Shown here piece after piece: positions 57,105 to 64,000 of a stretch of 64,000 nt of DNA. The notes beneath the pieces are model-generated. The model searched no databases. It was not told the DNA's origin and saw only the letters and a list, made by a program, of their open reading frames with translations. Origin of the DNA: Dimorphilus gyrociliatus. Its lineage: Eukaryota > Animalia > Annelida. The position numbers were made by a program, and so were the translations under genes. The stretch covers positions 62,001-126,000 of the forward strand of contig CAJFCJ010000021.1 of NCBI GenBank assembly GCA_904063045.1. Reading direction: 5' to 3'. Numbering within the stretch: position 1 is the first letter of the stretch; each line of letters starts with the position of its first letter.

Positions 57105-60100
57105 ATATATATATATAATATATGTTTATTAGCATTAAAGGAAACTTTAGTATGTTAAGTTTCACATAATTATAAACTATTTATAAATAAATTCCTCAGC
57201 GCAGTACTTTCTTAATATAGTACGTTTTTAAATGATATATAAAAGGAACGTTAAAGTTTTACCCCCCAGTAATTTCTTATTTCATATATTAAAGCTATTT
57301 AATAATAGACTGATGAGAGACTGAGAGAGACTGAGCGAGAGAGAGAGAGAGCGGAGAGAAAGTATTTTTTCTCACCTATTCCTTACAAAATGAGAGAAAA
57401 AAAACCATATTTAATAACATAAATTAGTTTTTTCATTTACAAGTTTACTTGTTCAAATTGCTTATTTTAATAGAGTTTTGTATTTTTGTTACTTTTTAAT
57501 TACAAGTATTAGGCTCTTAATTACTTTTCTGTATTAAAATGAATGTTGAAGTGAGATAATAATGAAACAGAACTGTGCGAATTTGTCTTCTTCATTTGTT
57601 TTTCTTATTTATTCTATACAATAAATCATTTAGGACCTATATTATATAAGATGCTTTTTATATACAGTATATACTGTATGTATAGTTTACACTTGTTCTT
57701 TTATATTATTCCTTCTTTTAATGTAAAGCCATTAACCTTATAGATGTTTAGGGGCTGCCTTATTAATTTGACCACATCTGAGAAACTTAAGCATCTGCTC
57801 AAGGTGACGACCACCTAGGAGCTAGATTCGTTAGACGTCGTTGCAGATAGCCGCTGGTCAATGACTAATTGGCACCGCACCTGCATTACGTAGAGCGCAA
57901 GAATTAAGTGAGGAAAGGCAAAATTGGAAAGCGAATTGAGGGGTGAAAAAGGAGAAAAAATTTGCTATTCGGGTGTAAATAGACATGGGCGAATCGAATG
58001 GGACGCTCATGGGACACAGCGTCAATAGCGTCACGAATTCTATGAGCCGTCTCTTTTTTCTAGGCGAATGGAACTAAGGTCCGGTGGGACATTCGTCGGT
58101 TTATCCATCTATATTATCTATTCGTTAAAGGGATAGAAAACGTCCCTTAATTTGTTTTCGCGCGAGCGCTTCGGAAATTTGAAAGGACGCAGCGGGAAAC
58201 AGCTTGAACGCTTCTTCAAATTGTTCATCCTTTACCCTACTGGCATGTCAACTATGTCAATTTATGAACATTCAATTTTCTCCGCTCTTTTCAAACGTTT
58301 CCTGCAGAGGTGTTGATCAATGTAATCATTATATTCAACTACAGGCCTATATTTAACCTCCCCTCCCTTATTCACCTCTCTTCTACTTATATAACGAAAT
58401 AAATGCGATTAGGATCTTCCAGGCGTCAAGCAGTGCTAAATCAGAGTAGCTTGATTCCCTATTTACTATTTGAATAATAGTTATCTGAATATTTCATCTA
58501 AATATTCAAAAAAATTAATTAATTAGGGTAATTAAATGAAATTTTGATGTTTGCCTATAAAAATTACTGTCTGTCTGGTGAACTTATTTTAAACAAAAAT
58601 CAAAGCGAAAAAGGCGTGGTTAGTGGACGGCGTTGGTCAATAGTTAAAGTGGGTGAAAAGTAGGTCACAAACTGCGCACCACAATACGGCGCTGAGCACC
58701 AGCTGACTTTTTTCCGTTCGATTTTTTGCCTTTTTTTAGGTGGTAGGTGGATTTTGTACAAAAAAAGCTTAAAAAAGAGTAGGGAAAATCGTTGATAACT
58801 ATCGGAAAAGTTTGTAGAAAAACAACACACTTGTATTGCAACCAGGTGTCGTCGACGCCCCGGAAGTATCAATCAGCGTTTGCGACGTCTACGCTTTTAA
58901 TTCATTAATCGGACGGTCCGTAATGGCTGCGATTATCTTGTGCGTTTGTTCTTTTATTATACGTATAAATTTATGTATAAATAGAACATACGCAGATTAT
59001 TCCGTTGTCTTTCTCCTATTCCTATATGTATTTATAAACAAGAGATTTATATATATATATATATATATATATTGAATATATAATAAAAGATTTGCTCTTA
59101 AACACTAAAGTTTGTAAGCAAGTGCGCCCTTTATTATGATCATGTGACCTCATTTAATTCTCTACTACATTTCTTATAGAATATTTTCGTAGGAGCATTT
59201 CTATACCTTCATACATATTGATGAGGTGTTTATTAAAATTATAACCCTGTTATAATTCTTGTTATGAAAAAAAAAAGAAAAGCTGAGATTTTTTCCATGT
59301 GCTTTGCCAATCACGAATAGCTCACCTGCATGTTATGCATGAACACTCTGTCTTTAACGAGATTTTGACAGTCACGTGATTCTTTTCAGTTCATTTCAAG
59401 TGTGACATCATCCAAGAATTATTACCTTTAATGACCAGATGGTGGAAAAGTTCTAGGATAGACCAAAATTCTTTAACTCTATACAAATAGTATATTAACG
59501 TTTTCAAAGCATTACTTTTAATCTTTGATCAATTATACATACATATCCAAGTAATTTACAGTATGCATGGCTAGTTACACATAAATACATACGGTAATGT
59601 ATGTATATTGTATATAAAAAGTGTTTTAAGCTATTGAAATATAAAGTAAATATAATTTTAATTAAATAAGTGCTCTTCTTATTTGGCGTCAATTTTTACC
59701 TTAAGTGAAAAATAGGACATTCTTCCTATATTTCTTTTATAGATTGAATATGATATCAACAAGAAAAAAGACATAATTCCAAAGAAATAAGAGTATTATG
59801 TGGTTAATTTCGTATACATAAATAGAAAACATATAAAATAGATATTGCATATTTTGTTTTTTTTGACAAGAATAGATTTTTAATTATTAAAAGAGATGTC
59901 TTTATTAAAATTAAAAGCAAAACTGTATATTTCTTGTTTTTCATATTTCACGTAAAACAATTAAATAGTGGACAAACAAAAAAAAAATAACCATTAAAGC
60001 TTGTTTTAGTATTACAAATACAATCCAAAAGAAATAAAAAAAAAGCCCTAGGTAAAGACTGATTGTATAGAGACAGAATGAGCATTCGAGCATGTAAAAA

Positions 60101-60427
60101 TTTTTCGCCTCCCCTTTTTGCGTGTCGATTGAATGGAACGTATAATCAAAAGTAGAATGAATTAATAATGGAGGACCAAAAGTATTTTTTTTTTTTTATC
60201 TTGTAACGATGGCCTTTTCGTTGGTTTTTTCGAAATGGAATTTCATTTAATAGATAGCAATCTCTTTAAAGGTCCGATTACAAAAATAATATATAAAACT
60301 TCGGTTAGTTTTGTATATTTTCGTTTTTATTATCGTACATCTTTCTCTTTTTCAGTCATTAGACGTTTTGAAGAGTTATATTTATTGTGGACAGTTTTCC
60401 TAGCAAATTTAATTTAACCGTTATCCA

Positions 60428-60458
<31 letters not shown>

Positions 60459-60626
60459 TTTCGTTCTCATTCAATCACCTTCTCCCTTTCTTCCCATTAC
60501 TTAAACATTCGTACTAAATATCTATCTATTTATATACATATATATATATATATAGTTATATTTAAATATTTTTACTGTACATATATCTTTCACCCTCAAA
60601 ATCTCTTTTTTCTCTCTCTCTCTTTC

Positions 60627-63491
60627 TCACAAAATTGGTACTTTAGTCAAATAGTTAGGATTAACAGGTGATGGTGTAAATAAAAATGGATTCATAAGTC
60701 TAGAGGATGCAGGTTGAACGAGTGGGGACGTTAAGGCGGATCTCGGCACGAAAGACGGTTGAGGAGTTTGAGGTGTTGGTATACTCTGCTGTTGTGGAGT
60801 TTGAGGTACTGTAGAGCTAGTGGTTGTCGTAGCTGAGTTAGCCGTCTTCGCTTCACTGGAAGCTGGTGGTGACGCCCCGTCATGCAACTTCCTCATATGT
60901 TTCTTCAGGTCGAAATTTCGGCAAAATCCTTTACCGCACAGATGGCACGTAAACGGTTTTTTATCGTTGTGCGTATGCATGTGGAAGGTAAGATTATAGA
61001 TCTGATGGAATGCCTTATTACATATTGTACATTTGAATTGTTTCTCTGATGAATGAGTTAATTTGTGGTTCTTGTAATTGCCCTTTTGATGGAAACCTTT
61101 TCCGCAAAATTCGCAGACCCATGGCTTGTAATTTTGATGAATTCTCATGTGAGTATTTAGCGTTGACGATCTATTAAACGCTTTTCCACAAGTCTGGCAT
61201 TTATGCGGTTTTTCCGCTGTATGAATTATCTTGTGGCGGCATAATGTCGACGCTTGTCGGAAACCTGGAAAATAATAAAAAAAACGCTTGATAATTGTCT
61301 TGTCATTGATTGAATAGATTGAAACGACCGATGAGCGTCTCTCTCCTTTCTCTTCCGAGTACTTAACAAATGCAAAGGGTAATGGGATAAAGGGGGTATA
61401 TGATTAATCTTAAACAAATATACACGATCTCTCAACCTTATCATAAACATTAACGACAAAAAGGATTAATAAATGACCCAATTATAAATAGGTCACAATA
61501 TGTTTTTTTTTTGTAAGTGTTGGCGTCGACTTGTTTTTATTTTTGGACAAATTAATGAATAATCTATTTTTAGGGAAGAGTACCATCATATAATGCTAAT
61601 AAAATCTGATCAAGATAGCTAATTACGGTACAAAAAGTCCAATAAAGAGGAGAGGAGGGTTGATGTAATACGACGTAATATAATGTTAGGCTTTTATGAA
61701 AGACATTGAAAAAAAATGTATAGGGCTAAATAAATCGTACAAACAAGTGTAAATATAAATACATATAATGTACAGAATCGGCGCTTTACTCGAAAATTAC
61801 AGAGAGTAATTGAGCAAATTGACTAATTTGAGAGTAGAAAATGGTCAACATGTAACAAAGTCGGCAAAAAATCCCCTCTATTTAATGAAACACCTGTATA
61901 CTGAACATGTGAACAACAATTGTTAATTTATCCTATTCCTTATCAATTAGACGGCAATGTAGACTAAGGAAAAAGTAAAAAACAAAACAAAACAACAAAT
62001 AACGATGTAAATATCAATTTTTTTCTCTCTCTGTTTTTCTCTCTATCTTTCTTTTATTTTTTATTAAAATAGGCGGTAAATGGTCGGATTTCGCATGGAT
62101 TGTGAGCTTATAATCCTATCATAATTGTCGTTTTGTAAATTTCAGCAGGAAAAAATGCAATTTTTCGGCCAATTTGAATTTTTATACAGAATTTAGACGT
62201 CGAATGGAAAAAACGTATAGGACGCCGTTCACTTGACCCAGTTGTTCGAAAGAGTGAAAGGAGTCCTAAGGGCATGCTTGAACGGTAGCCGCCGAACGCG
62301 AATTTGCTCCGTTCACACGTTTCATTTGTTCTGCTCGTGTTGTCACCGTTAATAATCTCATTCGACTCGCTCAAGATCTCTATAATCAAAATCTACGCTA
62401 TCGGAAACCTGCGTTCCCGAGACATTCCGATCAAATTATACAGGAAAAGGTGTAACGGCGTCGGACGAAAAAGCGAGTAATTTAAAAAGGAAAGAAAAGG
62501 AGGGAAAGAGGGAGGTATAAAAAAAAAACCCGGTGTACAAACAGATATAAATAGATATAAATCCGTGCTTGTTCATACGTATATGCACACATCATGCAAA
62601 CATACAAACACGTCAGCACACACATGTATATACACACGCACGGAGGCAGCATTTAGACAATGATGACTGACGATTGAATAAGGATGGTATAGATTTATAA
62701 AAACATTTATAAAAGATAAGATTATAGATTGTTATTGAGTGGTAACATTGTTTGATAAATTTAAATATAATAAAAAAGTGTCACCCACCTTTACCACAAA
62801 TTTTGCAGACAAATGGCCTAGCTCCGGTATGAACTGGCATATGCCTTGTTAAATTATAATGAGCGTTGAAAATTTTGCCACATTCCGGGCAGGTGAATGT
62901 TTTGGAGGTGTTCTTTTTGTCGTCTGATCCCTCGTCCTTACTCTTTTCCGATTTGGCGGGAGAAGACTGCGGGGATTCGGAATGTTTAGGAGACGAAGAA
63001 CGATTAGCCGTTGATTTAACCGAAAGGTCCTGAGCTTTCTTGACCACCCCCTGCTGTTCGGGTACTGTTGTATTGGGAACTCCGTATCTGTAGGCCTGTA
63101 CCATGGAAGGTGACACGTAAAAGGCCGGGTGTAAAAAGCTTCCCCTAGTTTGTTCTAAAATTGCCGCCCTCCTCTGACCTTCTGCCAGTAGGTTATGCAT
63201 GTGCAAGTAGGGAAATGCAGATGGAATTTGAAAGGAGGAGTTGGTAGAATTCCTCAATACTTCTCCAGGTTCAATCGTCTTCGGTCTACTAGGTTCCATG
63301 ATTCGAGCAATAGAGAAAGCTAACTTGTTCTTATTCAAATCTGATTTTCCGCTATCCTCCACGTCTATCTCTTCGTCAGACGATAAGCGGCTGTAATCGT
63401 TGCCTTCGTCCATGTTTAGGCTGCCGCTTTCGCTGCTATTACCTTTGCTGCTGTTGCTGGGTGAAGGGGCCTCGGCGAATGAGCTGTTCAT
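60627..63491 (-). CDS. FEZF: Fez family C2H2 zinc-finger transcription factor; exons 63491-62789 and 61264-60627
   Basis: Eh1 motif LAFSIARIM, then six fingers: [30 protein letters not shown]|[59 protein letters not shown]. Confidence 0.97.
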
Positions 63492-64000
63492 AATATGATC
63501 AAATAAAAACGGGAAGCGAACTGGCGCTGGCGGCTGATAGGCGAACGGCTGTTAGAAGCTCAACGCCCATTGCTCAAAAGATCAACGTAGCGCTGAAAAC
63601 TGGCCAATCAGCAAAGCTAAGTTAGCTGCGGTTCCCTGCCAGACGGCGTTAACTCCTCCCAACTCATAAACCCTTCTGTCGCTAACAGCCTTTAAGGGGG
63701 ATGCGCATTTGTTATGATAAAACGTCAACTTGCAAAAATTTCTACAATTTTGCTTCATCTTTCTCTCCCCGCTCTGTTTCTCTCTCTTTCTGTCTCTCTG
63801 CCCCTGCCTACATGTTTATATATATCCATATATTTATAAATATATCTACATATTTATACAACATATTTGATCTCTAGTGAGCAAAACACAATTCTGCTTT
63901 CTACCTCTCTTGATTACTCTATCACTCTCTCTCCTTTTGCCCTTGTCCCTTCACACCTCTCCCTCTTTCTCTCTTCCTCCCTCTTTCTTTTATTCTCTAT

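Noticed and set aside
62108-62389. 93-aa ORF and an 8-bp stem (GCCGTTCA/TGAACGGT) in the Fez intron
   Set aside because: No ATG-supported homology and no ribozyme or snoRNA consensus found. More likely an enhancer.

Overview
This is AT-rich eukaryotic (animal) genomic DNA with spliceosomal introns. I recognised no rRNA, tRNA, CRISPR array or intact transposon. The tightly packed housekeeping genes with ~50-70 nt introns suggest a miniaturised invertebrate genome; a compact annelid such as Dimorphilus is a guess, not something the sequence proves. Gene order: GAD (partial, -), PGAP1 (-), NUDCD3 (+), mitochondrial-clan CYP (+), small membrane ORF (-), RNGTT (-), PACRG (+), DDX54 (+), a candidate X-box-driven small gene (+), CDKL kinase (-), TACC-domain gene (-), orphan ORF (-), EF-hand-like gene (+), SLC37-type MFS transporter (-), Gemin4-like gene (+), TCF21/MSC bHLH (-), a multiply disrupted TRPA channel (-) and Fez/FEZF (-). 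Main observations: (1) A ~4.4 kb tandem duplication followed by reciprocal loss has un-nested PACRG from an RNGTT intron and split the RNGTT/DDX54 bidirectional promoter. It has an inverted templated PGAP1 insertion at the junction and a 556-bp perfectly identical block. (2) The CDKL kinase has tandem mutually exclusive exons that swap the gatekeeper/hinge region. (3) There is a hidden spliced small gene behind an RFX X-box. (4) The TRPA gene looks pseudogenised. (5) Tc1/mariner-like TA-CAG/CTG-TA footprints recur inside TA microsatellites. All protein-family calls come from motif recognition and recalled sequences, with no database search.
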